Shown here: piece after piece, positions 1 through 12,629 of the stretch
Layout of the letters: the number at the start of each line of letters is the position of its first letter
Numbering within the stretch: position 1 is the first letter of the stretch
Source of the DNA: Lama glama
Taxonomy: Eukaryota
NCBI GenBank assembly: GCA_028534125.1
Contig: CM052817.1
Location: 98,644,001 to 98,708,000, forward strand
DNA length: 64,000 bases
Direction: 5' to 3'
The notes under the pieces: generated by a model
Told to the model about the DNA's origin: nothing
What the model saw: only the letters and a program-made list of their open reading frames with translations
The model's database searches: none
Position numbers and translations under genes: made by a program

Positions 1-2499
1 TGAAAGAGCAATTAGTCTTAGAGTCATAAGATTTCAGAAGATTACAGAGATCCACCAAAACTATTCTTTTTACTTTACTAATAAGTAACAGACCTAAAGA
101 GGATAAAGTTAGCTTGTACAACAAGTTACACTAGAGAGATAACCAACACTAGAAGTCGGGTCTACTTGCCTACAAAATTGACAGTTTAATCTTTACTCTG
201 TGGTTTTGACATTTGTAGCAGAACATTAAAAAAAATTCAGAAATCACTGAGACATGAAACTACTCAATATCTTTCTCAGAGTTTATTACACAATCACCAT
301 CGTTAAAGACTTCAAACATTTATCCAGAGATGATTTTGTGTCTGCGGTACTGTGCTAAAAATTGTCTTGGTGTAGGAGGTAAAATTTCAAATAATCGTTC
401 AACAACTAAGAGCAGAGAGTTCATGGAGAAAAGAAACGGGCAAACACAAGTGGGGAGACTGAGCAAAAGAATCAGTATGTAGATTTGCTACAATAAATGT
501 TGTTTTTAAAGAGCCAGCATTTAAGCAAGCTACAAAATTTGTGGGGAAAGTTTTTCAAATAGTTCAGTAATCAGGATATCTTCAAGGTGTGGCCCAGGAA
601 TGCAGATGGATTTTTCTAACAAATACGTCCCTTGTACCAAAAGGGTGTCACAGCATTAGAGGTCTTTCCCTGCTAAGTATTTTCTCATTCCTCTCTAAAG
701 TGAGATGCAAAATATGTTTACATATCTTACATAAGTCAAAGTCAAATAAAAAGCAAACACCAACCGTTAGCTAGAACATGTACGTCACTGCACTTCAGTG
801 CAATAAACAATTTGGGGAGGGGGGAGACTGAGCAGACCCACTCCCACATGGTGAAAAACGTATCAATTGCAGTTATGGACTGGAGGAAGGGGAGAAAGCA
901 TGATTCTTAGTCTTCTGACGTTCTTTTCTGAAAATGAGTACTCTGAAGCCTTAAATTTTAATTGACTTTTCTTTTTTTTCCATGATATTGGTGACATTTT
1001 TCTCTTCATTCAAGTGATTGCTTATTTTCTGTAAACTGTCAAAAGCCTAAAGATTCTGCTTTCTTGGACAATCAGTAGTTTCTCATTCACTTTTTAGAAA
1101 TCTTTAAAAGGTTTAGAAGTAAACACTTTTTATTTTTTAATTATTGCCCCAAATTATACTTCTAAATGTAATATGATGATCGCAGTATTTGTCGGAGTTG
1201 TCTCAAGTGAGGTACAATCAACTAACACACCGACAAGATCTGTGGAGAAATCTAAACCAATAAGTGATGCACACATTGAAATCCACATCCCCACCCGCAG
1301 CCCTGCACCCCCATACCTTGCCCCCTGCCAAAAATTGCCAAGACAGACACCCTTCTCCCAATTTGTCATTTCTCTACATTTTCAAAACAGCCAGAAAGTC
1401 TCCATTTCTTTCTAGAATTCAGCCAATGAATTACAAAGCGATTGTTATTGCTGGACACTTTGTGTTACAATTTTACGCAGCACATTTTCCCTAAATGCTG
1501 CTCTGGCTCCAACCTAGTAATTTCCTTAGTAGTAATTGTATCTGTGCCTCCTCAAGTGCAAATCTAACATCATTTACGCTTATCCGGGTCCAGCTTCCAC
1601 ATTCTTACTAGAAAGTTGCCAGCACCACCTAGATGCCACATAATAGGATCGTTGGTTGCTAAATTGGTGTTTCAAGGAACAGGAAAAGAATATCAAACAC
1701 CAGCCTCAAAACATCACATTCAGCTTGAAAATATAGTTTATCATTTAACTTGGCTTTAAAATATTTGATTTTGGACTTGGTGAGCAGGCATTTCTAATCA
1801 ATATTATTGATAAACACAAGGCAGGTGATGAGGTGGAACTAAAGGTTCTATCGCTACACGCAGGATAGTGCTTCAGCGGCAAAGTGCCTGAGATGCAAAT
1901 GCAAAATTGCTTCACATTTCATTGCTCACCTAAAGCAAAACGTTAAAAGATGGCTCAACGGTTGTTTCTTCACAATCGACGTCCTCTAAATGGTACTCCA
2001 ATGAACAGAAATTGCGCGATCAGTTCCAGCATACTTTAACTAGACTAAAAGCGTGGTATAAAGATAAAAAGGAAATGAATTTTTAGACCATGGGTGACAT
2101 GGTCTAGGTGATGAATTCTTAGGCAAAGTGTTCTGGAAAGTTTCTTTCTACATACTTACTTCAGAAATTAAATATTGGACTACTTCAGTGGTCTGATAAC
2201 ATTTTTGCATGCTTATGTAAAATGAAGGTAAGTCTAGCAAATTAAAAAAAATGAAAATGCCTGGACTTAAAAGATTTTAGTTTCTCAGTCTTTGAATTAA
2301 GTATATTGTGAATATATTGGGCTACATTCTGACCAAAGGTGAAGAAATGTTGAATGAGGTGAAAGTAATGACAATTTTGGAATTATGATTATCATACTTG
2401 AGTTTATGGAAGTCAAGAATATAGATTTCAGGATATCCTAGATTTTTTAATTTATTACTTGTATTCTTCTACTTACATTCATAAAATAATTTATGGTAA

Positions 2500-3447
2500 T
2501 AGCACCCAAAGTAATAAAATATCTGGGAATAAATCTAACCAAGGAGGTGAAAGAATTATACACAGAAAACTATAAACCATTGATGAAGGAAATTAAAGAA
2601 GACTTTAAAAAATGGAAAGCTATTCCATGCTCTTGGATTGGAAGAATCAATATTGTTAAAATGGTCACACTGCCCAAGGCAATCTACAGATTTAATGCAA
2701 TCCCTATCCAATTACCCAGGACATATTTCACAGAACTAGAACAAATCATAATAAAATTTATATGGAACCATCAAAGACCTAGAATTGCCAAAGCATTACT
2801 GAAGAGAAAGAAAGAGGCTNNNNNNNNNNNNNNNNNNNNNNNNNNNNNNNNNNNNNNNNNNNNNNNNNNNNNNNNNNNNNNNNNNNNNNNNNNNNNNNNN
2901 NNNNNNNNNNNNNNNNNNNNNNNNNNNNNNNNNNNNNNNNNNNNNNNNNNNNNNNNNNNNNNNNNNNNNNNNNNNNNNNNNNNNNNNNNNNNNNNNNNNN
3001 NNNNNNNNNNNNNNNNNNNNNNNNNNNNNNNNNNNNNNNNNNNNNNNNNNNNNNNNNNNNNNNNNNNNNNNNNNNNNNNNNNNNNNNNNNNNNNNNNNNN
3101 NNNNNNNNNNNNNNNNNNNNNNNNNNNNNNNNNNNNNNNNNNNNNNNNNNNNNNNNNNNNNNNNNNNNNNNNNNNNNNNNNNNNNNNNNNNNNNNNNNNN
3201 NNNNNNNNNNNNNNNNNNNNNNNNNNNNNNNNNNNNNNNNNNNNNNNNNNNNNNNNNNNNNNNNNNNNNNNNNNNNNNNNNNNNNNNNNNNNNNNNNNNN
3301 NNNNNNNNNNNNNNNNNNNGATAAATCACAGAGAAAAAAATGTGACAATGAGTGTGTATATGTCCATGAATGACTGAAAAATTGTGCTGAGCACTGGAAT
3401 TTGACACAACATTGTAAAATGATTATAAATCAATAAAAAATGTTAAA
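2500..3447 (+). mobile_element. Young 5'-truncated LINE-1 (lineage-specific), interrupted by an assembly gap
   Basis: Uninterrupted ORF2 peptide [16 protein letters not shown]...[14 protein letters not shown]...[10 protein letters not shown] before the gap; L1 3' end with AATAAA and A-rich tail after it; 17-bp TSD aaaataatttRtggtaa at 2483-2499 and 3448-3464 (1 mismatch). Confidence 0.93.
2820..3319. other. Assembly gap (500 N)
   Basis: Exactly 500 N, the same size as the second gap, so a placeholder rather than a measured length. Confidence 0.99.
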
Positions 3448-3579
3448 AAAATAATTTGTGGTAAGCTAGACAGGACTTTCATGGAAAATTTCACAATTTG
3501 ACTTGCCAATGGATAATTCTAAAATCCATTTTAGATACTGAAGTAACAGTTTGAAGTAGCTTAAGAAAAGTGTACTTAC

Positions 3580-3990
3580 TAAATGTGTCTTTTGGTTCCC
3601 AAGCAAAGGAATGTGGCTGGATCTTGGGAGCACTAGTCCCAGGGACTCCAGTCCCACCAGAACTTTCCAGCTATAGTGGCTACTTTTCCCTGTGCTTCAT
3701 CTTTCTGTCTTTCACTCTGTGTCTCTATCTCTCTTTCTGTCTCTGTCCTACCCTTTGATTGATTTTACTCATGTCTTATGCTACAAGGCTGCAGCCATGA
3801 ATGACTCCCAACCTATTCATTTTACAAAATTAGGCTCCTAAAGAGAGCTAGCCTTCTACTTCTCAATTTCCAAAATTCCCAAGAAAGGTTTCTGACTGGT
3901 CCAGCATGTGTCAGGTGATCAACCTTGAACCAATCAAATGTGATCAAAAGGGGGTCTCATTCAAGTGATACACAATGAGAAGAGGCAGAA
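3580..3990 (-). mobile_element. Old MaLR (MLT1-type) LTR remnant
   Basis: Motif ttctgactggtccagcatgtgtcaggtgatcaaccttgaaccaatca resembles MLT1J/K/L LTRs. Confidence 0.55.
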
Positions 3991-4419
3991 ATGGCAGAGT
4001 ACGCTGCACAGAAACAAAAAAGAAAGAAAAATGTGTGTCACTATGCAAACACACACTACGAGCACACACACACTCACAAACCTTTAGTCAGTAGCACAAA
4101 GGAGCCCATAACTAAGTGCTCAGATGTGTGATACAAGCAACTTGAGCTAGAAGACTTTAAAAAGATTTAACGGAGCTTGAAGTTAGCAGAGGAAAACTTT
4201 CTGAAGAGTGAGCGATAAGAATTGGCCTCTGGGGTGTATGTGATGTTTTGTTTGCTCACAAAGAGACAAAGACTCCAAATACTGAGCAATCACAAAGGAG
4301 ACATTCAAATCACTCAACACAACTTTGTCAGGGGCTTGTGCTGCATGAGGGACTGTAGAAAAAAAAAAGGACCAAAGATGACCGTGAAGAGTTAGGGAAC
4401 AGTATGATCATTCCGACTG

Positions 4420-5325
4420 AATTGTGCTTAGATCATTGATGCGCTCAAAGAGTATTAATAGATTTTTGTCAACCTTGAGGGAAATCTCTAGGTGGATTTT
4501 ATAGAATATTATACTCAAGTCTGACTCCATTTCATCAAGTTGAGTGAAGTTATTTAAAGTATGCTTACAAAATTTGCTGAGAATACAAATTTGAGAAAAT
4601 TTAATAAATCAAAAATATCTAAAAACAATAAAATATAGATCAAAACTAGCAGAATAAAATTTAATAGGAATCATGATACTGCACTAAGGATCAAAGTGAA
4701 ACTGGTTTGAGGCTCACAATGTGACAGATCTGGCAAAATATCAATTGTGTGGGGCAAAAATCTATGATCTGTTCATGGCCACATTGCTAAAAGCCCGTCT
4801 TCTGACAAGGCAGTAACATACCAGATGCAATCTTTACAGAATTAATAAAATCATTGTGTGTGGAACAAGAGTGTCAGCTGCACCCCTGCTGGGTCTGATT
4901 ATATCCAGATGATTCTATTCAACCCTGGATTCTGCATTTAAGGGGAACATTCACCAACACTTCCACGAAAGGGGACCAGAAAGTAGAAAGGGCTGGAAAC
5001 CATATCATGAAGAACAACTTACGAGGTCTGGGGTCTAGGGAGGAAGGGAACCAAGCAAGAAAAGTTTCATGAGAGCTAGAACCTAGACTAACTCTGAAGA
5101 TCTCTAGCAGGTGGAATAAGCTCAATGGGAAGAAATCGCCAGGAGGCAGTAATGAGTTCACCTGGAGGAAGACGTCCATTACAAGCACCGCCGTCCCACA
5201 GAAGATGGGTTGCCTTTTAAAACAGTGAACTGGACAAATATCTGCCAAAGACCATATCTCTGCCGTGGGGAAGAGGTTGGGCTCAATGGCCTAATAAGCT
5301 TTTCCAACGTTCTATATTCCACTCA
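4420..5325 (+). mobile_element. L3/CR1 LINE 3' remnant
   Basis: Degenerate CR1 RT motifs (aaatttgctgagaatacaaa ~ KFADDTK; aaatttaatagg) and CR1-like 3' end gggaagaggttgggctcaatggcctaataagcttttccaac. Confidence 0.6.
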
Positions 5326-5689
5326 ATTATTTCTCTCTACATATTTCTATGTAAAAGTGGGGAAATCTGAACAAAGGAGCGAGCCTATGTCCTTTGTCTA
5401 GAATTTAAAAACTAAAACAACTTGGATAAGATGTTTACCAGATTTATTTTATTCTTAAAAAAAAAAAACACTCAAGTTAAAGGTATCCAGAAAGTCGATG
5501 GAACAGTATCCATTCATGGACTACTCTCTTAGGTAGGAGTGAACCTGGGGGGCCAAATGTAAACATTTTTTGCCTAAAGATCAAAACTATACCAGCGTCT
5601 ACAGCTCATTTCAGGACAAAACGAGAACTCCTACATGCTCTTCTCTTCAGCATCCTTGAGCTGCTGCTGCTCAGGCCCTTCCCATAGAA

Positions 5690-5890
5690 ACAGGATTGAG
5701 GACCAGCTACATCGCTTACTGGTTGCATTAACTCAGGCAAGTCATTAGCCTTTCTGAAGCCCAGTTTTTCATCTCTAAAGTGAAGCTATTAATGCAATAA
5801 TACCTCCCAAACACCTTTTGGGGAATATGTAGAGATGAAACTAGACAAATACAAGTGAAAATGTTTATAAACGATAAACATTAACTAGTA
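5690..5890 (+). mobile_element. MIR SINE
   Basis: MIR core ggcaagtcattagcctttctgaagcccagtttttcatctctaaagtg. Confidence 0.7.
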
Positions 5891-6837
5891 TATAGAGAGG
5901 AGAAACAGCATATATTCAATTACAAATTTCTGTTGCTGAAATTTCTTGCACTGAAACATTTTTAATGTTCCATAAAATCCCTGCTTCCACCTGCAAGGTT
6001 GCCTGGTTTTTACTACATGGAGTTACATTTTAAAGATATAACCATTCCCTAATTACGGTTGTTTCCTATATTGTAAGATTAACTATTATACTTGAGCACT
6101 GAGTTTAGCAGCTGGTGCAAATGTAATGCTTTTTACTCAGACCACACACTGTGGCATAATATGCTTTCATTGTATTCCAGTGTTTCACATTAATTTTATA
6201 CTTCTTAATTGTCCTTTACAGTATTTCTGTCTTTAAAAAAAAATATTGTGGAGTCAAATGAAACATATTCCAGAATCAGAGACCATCACACAATCGCAAG
6301 TTTAATTTTTCCTAATAAGTCACTCAACAATTTTATAAAAGATACAATTTTTTAAAAAATAATAAAATTGCTCAACACCAAGGCTGAGATTTTAATCTAA
6401 ATTATTTATAAAGCAGAAGGGAAAGATTAGATATTGCTGAAACAAAAGGATTTTGCACTTGCAGTATTTTAAGTGATTTTACACGCACAGCATGTTTTTA
6501 AAAGTGTACTGATCCCACATTTAGTAATAAACTCCATGGGACGTCTGGCAGAAATTCCCTGCCACAACAGTTTACAGCGACCATCTGTGTCTGCAAGAAG
6601 CTTCCAGATACCCTGCCACCTGACTCACCGTCCCAACTCTTCTCACTTCTACTCACAGACTTTCTTCCTTTTCATCGTATACTTTATCTGCCCTGGGAGG
6701 AAGAAAATATTACCAAAACAATCCAGCATTACATATTTCTGAAACCAAAATAAGATTGAAGAACTTTTAACCAATTTAATTTGAAACAGATTGATAAAGC
6801 TCTCGCTCTTCAGAATGAGGGCAGACATCCGCAGCAG

Positions 6838-7120
6838 AGAATATTTACAGAAGGAGGGGTTTAGCGATTGTAGTCCACTGCCTTCGTTTGATACATAAGG
6901 AAACTGAGGCCCAGAGAGGCTGGCCAGAGGCCCCACCCGCTGAGACCGGAGAGGGGTGGGGGGGAGGCATGGGGGGATGGGGGAGGGGAGACGAGGGGGC
7001 GAGGTGGGGGAGGGGCGGGAGGCGGCAGGGTGTGAGGGGGAGGGGAGTCGAGGGGGAGGGGGAGGAGGACTTGGACTGCAGTCAGCGTCCTGCGTGACTA
7101 GAAGCTCCTCTGTTCCGGAT
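6838..7120 (-). mobile_element. MIR3-like SINE interrupted by a G-rich tract
   Basis: Reverse strand reads cctctctgggcctcagtttccttatgtatcaaacgaaggcagtggactac (MIR3 core and tail); a MIR-head-like segment lies beyond the G-rich tract. Confidence 0.55.
6951..7069 (+). repeat. G-rich low-complexity tract with G-quadruplex potential
   Basis: More than ten runs of 3 or more G separated by short loops. Confidence 0.9.
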
Positions 7121-7169
7121 CCAAAGAGCGACCTTTCAGGTACCAATGTGGTTTGAAGAGTACACCTAC

Positions 7170-7464
7170 CTAACAAACTTCCAGTTACAAGATAAATAAG
7201 TCCTAGAGATTTAAAGTACAACATAAATAAAATTAACACTAGTGTATGTTATCTATGAAAGCTGTTGAGAGTAAAGGCTAAGAGTTCCTCATAACAAGGA
7301 AAATTTTTTTCTATTTAATTTTATATCTATATGAGATGATAGATATTCACTAAACACTGTGATAATTATATCGTGATATATGCAAACCATTATGCTGTAA
7401 GCCTCAAATTTATACAGTACTGTATGTCAATTATATCTCAATAAAACTGGAAGGAAAAAAAAAA
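7170..7464 (+). mobile_element. L1 3' end (older artiodactyl L1_Art-like)
   Basis: acaaacttccagttacaagataaataagtcctagag...tgtcaattatatctcaataaaactgg plus poly(A); degenerate TSD aagagtacacctac/aagattgtacctac; homologous to 50730-51040. Confidence 0.85.
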
Positions 7465-7571
7465 GATTGTACCTACTGAATAAGAAGGAGAAATTTTCCA
7501 AACAGACAAAAACCGGCTGCTCTCAAAGGCTTCATTTCATTGAACTCCCCCTTACCAGTGTCCCCAAATAT

Positions 7572-7825
7572 TGTTTTCAACCTGAGATATAACTGACACA
7601 TAACATTATAGTAGTTTCATGGGTACAACATAATGACCTGACATTTGTATACATTGAGAAATGATCACAGTACATCTAGTTAACATCCATCACCACACAC
7701 AGTTTCGAATGTTTTTTCTTGTGATGAGAACTTTCAAGATCCACTCTCTTAGCAACTGTCTAATACTTGATATAGTATTGTTAGCTTCTGTCTCCATGCT
7801 GTGCTTTGCATTCTCCAGAACTTTA
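7572..7825 (-). mobile_element. L1MA9-like 3' end
   Basis: gtgatgagaactttcaagatccactctcttagcaac and similar L1MA 3' UTR sequence on the minus strand. Confidence 0.8.
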
Positions 7826-9974
7826 ATTTTAATGAGAATGTTTTGGGATGTCTTACATGTAGGTACTCAGATTATTCAGAGTGACTTTAATGGAACCACA
7901 GGATTGAAGTGAACATTAAAGATGTATCTGATTCAGCCCTTCAAAGAGACCTCTGAAAGTCCCCCACTTTCCTCACACACAGAGACAATTTTGCAACTCC
8001 ACATCATTTTCCTCTCTTCTTACTACTCTCTATTTCATCATCCATGTACCTAAAAGAATTTGGGTCTATTATGTGTCAAACATCAATCTGGAAAAATAAC
8101 AATCCACTGTAAGACTGACTTTGCAGACAAAGATCTCCATGTAGGGGAGCAGACGATATCAATACGTCTGTTAACATCGCCTCCGTTCACTACCTTGTAT
8201 TTGCCAGGCTACTCAATTATCTTAGGTTCTCGGGGAGCCACAGTGATTTGCAGATTGCTCAACTCTGTCATAGGACCATGTGTATGAGACAGTGAGTCTA
8301 CAACTTCATGTAATTCGGGTTGACGTCTACAAATTCTGCACAATAAATACCTAAGTAGCCATGAGAAGGGGAAGAATAGTCATTGCCAAGGAAAGTAACT
8401 TTAACCTCAATCTGCCTGTATGCAAAATAAACCCCACCCCCATCACTACCCATTTTTAAGACTCTAATATTCCATTTGAAGTTAGGTGGGTGCTTACAGG
8501 TTTAAGAGAAGCCAAGTGAAAAGAGAAAGTTGGGTTTGGAAATAACCAGTGACTATCTGCTTCATCTAGGAGGTTTATTAAACACAGTTTAACACACTTC
8601 TAACATTCCGCTGTCTTGAATTCAGGTCCCTGGATTTACTGATGAAGATTTAGCCACACTGAGAAATGTGGCAATGGTTGTAACAATTCCAAATTACATT
8701 AATGCAAACACAGTAAGGAGAATTGGGGAAGGAGCTAGCTAGCTAATGAATAATTTTTAAAAGTGTCAAGAGCAGCTGACAAGAAAACAGTAATATTAAT
8801 TAACACCAACTGGTTTCTCAAAAAATATCTAGCAGCCCCCCTCAGGAAATGTGATTACTGGGTCACAGTTCACCGATTCACATGGCATTTGGAGTAAGTC
8901 CTGCATCTCTCAACATTCTGGAGTGTGAAGGGCCCTCAGATGGAGGAATGATCTTGCTGAGCATAAATCGTGCCAGGCCTTGGGTAACTCCCCCACCTTG
9001 TACTCTCTGGAAAGATATTATCTCCCAAAAAACTGTAGAGTATAACACATTAATGTCTCAGGATGTGGGGATGGGGGCGGACTTAGGTCTTCTGTGTTAA
9101 CTTGAATATGTGACTTCAAATGTGTAAAGAAAGACCATCAGGACTCTTCAGTGCAAGTTGATTATCTTTTTAAAAAAAAACTTCTGTAACTGATTGTACA
9201 TGTAACACCCATTTGTTGCATGGAAACTTGGAGATGATAGAAAAGCACAAAGGAAAAAAGTAAATCCACCAATAACCCTCTCCATCCTGGAATGACTACT
9301 GTAACAATTGATCATGAACTTTGCAATTTGGATGTTACACCAGGACTATGATGACAGGACTACTCAAAAAAGGGGACCCTTGGCTAGATGTGCAGCGACA
9401 CTCAGGACAAGAAGAAAAGGGGTTAAAAAATTGTTAGCACATCTTTGAGGGTTATTTTGACAAAAACTAGATAGAACACTGTAAGAGATTTTCACACCCA
9501 GAGTGTCACACTCAACCAGCTTATAGGGGCAGAGACTGAGACGCTCACCTTCGTGTCTTTAGCACCCAGCAGCCCTGGAAGAAAGGAAGAGAGAAAATCT
9601 TTGCTGTTCCTTATCCTGGAGGACTTGCCTGTGTGACAAACAGCTTGATTGTACATCAGTGAAGCAGAATGCCTCTCCTTGGGATTTTTCCATTTAAGCT
9701 TCATGTTCTACACCATCCTTGCTCTCTCAGTTCAGTGCATATTAATAGATAACATGTCTGTCCTTAAAGCCATCCCACGGCCCTCCTGCCCCCAGTTTTG
9801 AGATGACATCTCTCTCTTTGAGGTATTCCCTAGAGTTCTCCTTGTAATTGAAAGTCGTGTACATCACACATTCCCTATTTCAAGTCAGAAAGTCACCAAC
9901 ATACCCCAAAGTTGAGAGATATCTGTTCAGCTACATTTTTGTGCACAGGGAGAAACAGAAAATGGTGGTTAACT

Positions 9975-10170
9975 TCAGTTCGGTGCAACAAATATGGATT
10001 ACATGTTACGTGCTGGCAACTAGCCTAGGTATGAGTATAAAAAAAGAGACATTCTCCCTGCTCTTGAAAATCTCACAGTCAGACAAGGGGAGATAGGCAC
10101 AGAAATTATTTGTGTACAATGTGTCAAGTGCAAGTGTCTCTGTTCATGGAAGACAAAAGAAGGGGCTGTA
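9975..10170 (-). mobile_element. L2 3' remnant
   Basis: caacaaatatggattacatgttacgtgctggcaac...ctcacagtcagacaagggg. Confidence 0.6.
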
Positions 10171-10247
10171 TTGAATTCCCTCGGTGAACTTTCCTCTATT
10201 TATAAACCTTACTCCTCAAGGTCTTTGGTTTGGGGTTTTTGGGTTTG

Positions 10248-10399
10248 GAATTTTTTTTTAATTTTTTAATGGGAGGAGGTAATAAGGTTTATTTATTCAT
10301 ATATTTATTTGTTTGTTTGTTTATAACAGAGGCACTGGGCATTGAACCCAGGACGTCATACATGCTAGGCACACCCTCTACCACTGAGCTAGACCCTCC
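10248..10399 (-). mobile_element. tRNA-Ala-derived SINE (camelid Vic-1-like)
   Basis: Reverse complement of ggcactgggcattgaacccaggacgtcatacatgctaggcacaccctctaccactgagctagaccctcc is a tRNA-Ala-like head followed by an A-rich tail. Confidence 0.88.
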
Positions 10400-10404
10400 A
10401 TCTT

Positions 10405-10620
10405 TAATCTGCTTAACACTTCTTTATAGCATACTTTGTATTAAATGCTTTACAGATACTGTTCCACTCTCAACCCTGTGAGACAAACATTACTTCCACA
10501 TTTTAGAGATGAAGAAACTGAAACATAGAGGTGTAAGTAACTTGCCTCAAATAATAAAATTAGTAAAATGACAAAGTTAATACTCAAATATTAATGTCTC
10601 CAAAATTCATTCTCTTTCGC
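10405..10620 (-). mobile_element. MIR SINE
   Basis: caaccctgtgag...cattttagagatgaagaaactgaaacatagaggtgtaagtaacttgcc. Confidence 0.75.
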
Positions 10621-12029
10621 CAGAAACCTAATACTCTCAGTAACACGGTGGATCATGATTAGAATGGCAGTTACCACTGTTTGAAAAAGTGGCAGGTTTG
10701 AATCAGGATGCAACATCACAATCCTCAAACAATGTTACTTTCTTCAGCATTACGTTTATTTGAGCCCAAGAAATTGCTCACTATGAACTCCGTCCCATGC
10801 ATTCCATTTCTAAATTTGTACCTATGTTACAAAGGTAGTTCACTTTGGCGATATTAAAATCAAATGGTTACAAAAGAAAAATATGCTTAGTTTGCTTTGA
10901 TTATCTCCTTGATTAATAATTTCCAGTGATTTACCATTGCCATTAAGAAAGATTTCCATCAAAAACATAAATCATGGCATTCAAGGTCCGGTCATAATCT
11001 CTCCCACCTCCACTGTGGGGTCTCTCTTTACAAAAGCCCATCTTAAGTTTTCCTCCTTAAATAAAATTATCAGGAATTTCTCATTTTATCATACACCGCC
11101 CAAAAAAGACAAAGCTCCAATATATGATCACTTGAATTATTGACATCAATATAAGGGAACAATTTTTTGTAATGTTAAAAAATGACAAAAGTGTTGTCAC
11201 TTTCATTCCAACCATCTGTATTTAATTAATATAAGAGGTAAAAAAAATGAGACTCTTTTAAAATTCAATTTTGTTGTATTCTGTCTCTAAAGAATTTTTA
11301 AGTTTCCCTCTCTTAGCATCAAGTTCAAATTATACAATTTTTAAAAATTTGACTAGAACAACCATGTTACAACTACCATGATTTTGAGCTGATCTACAGT
11401 TTTCTTTTATTATAATTTTTTTTCAAGAGCCCTATATGTGTGCTGTAGAAGATTAGAAATTATAAACTAGCAAAATTAAAATTAAAATACCATGTTCCTA
11501 CCACCAAGAGATTACTACTCTTAACCTTTTATTATAACCATGCTTTGTATGAGAATATTTTTCTCAAAATTTATTTTTTGAACACTCTGATGAAAAAAAT
11601 TGGTTTACTATTAAATGAAATCTGTTCAACATATTTCATGTCTCTGTTAATGAGACAGTAAACGCTATTGTAAAGAGAATGACCAAGAGAGGGAGCAGAT
11701 GAGCAAAAGAGATTTGCACTTCTAGGGAGGTACAAAATCACCTGAGAGTGAATTGCTCTCTTTTATAGATAACTTCATGGCCATTCACAGACAGCTTAGC
11801 AACACAGCTGGAGGTTGTCAGTCCAGACAGTGCAGAGAAAAATGTCCAAACTGCTTCTCAGCCAAAATGGAAATGTTTTCCAAACACTGCAGAATAGGAA
11901 GAAGAATGAAAAGTGAATGGGAGAAGAAAGTGTAAAGTAGAAAAGGGAACCATTTATTCTGTGGTTCCAGTTTTTAAAGGATAGTAGAGTTGGCCTTTCT
12001 CTTTTTGCCTGGCCTTCCAGGAAGCACCT

Positions 12030-12200
12030 TACAAGTACTAATGCATCTTGTACTCACTTAAACCTTATGAGATTAGTACAATCATGCCTTCTTTCACAGA
12101 AAAGGAAAATAAGGCACAGAAAAGCTAAGTAACTGGCCCAAGTTCACACAGCTAGTTAATAAAGGAAACAGGAATCCAGAGTCTAATGTCTAACAACTAC
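12030..12200 (-). mobile_element. MIR SINE
   Basis: aaccttatgag...aggcacagaaaagctaagtaactggcccaagttcacacagctagt. Confidence 0.75.
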
Positions 12201-12629
12201 TTCTTTTTGCCTCTTTCAACTGTCAAATTCTCTGGGGGTCAAACAGAGGAATGGGAAGAAGAAAAGACCTACAGGGAACTAACTCAGGCAAAACCACTGA
12301 AGCACAGTTGTGCAGGCTAAGTGGGCAACTTGGACGTGCAAAGCCAGGATCGTTTGGTAGGGAGTTGTCCTGACAGACAATAAACAGAGCCAGTGGTTCT
12401 GAATGAGTAATCTCACAGATACGTCATCTTTGCAAGCCTGCAACGCTGGAGCAGAGCCCCAGCTCCTCCAGAGTACAAATCCCCCACAAACAGCTATCCT
12501 ACAAGGAGCTGATCCAAGAGGAACCTTCCTTATTCAGACACTATCAAGATCTGGACTAAGGGACTACATTTTTTATAAAGGAAGAAATGGCAGGGGAAAA
12601 CGTCACACATGATGCTCAAACACCTGGAA

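Noticed and set aside
2493..3407. Long ORFs (294, 203 and 189 aa) over the first gap
   Set aside because: Their length comes from 500 N; the real part is a truncated L1 ORF2, not a host gene.
6649..7239. 196-aa proline-rich minus-strand ORF
   Set aside because: It starts in an L1 3' end and runs through the C-rich tract and MIR sequence; a low-complexity artefact.
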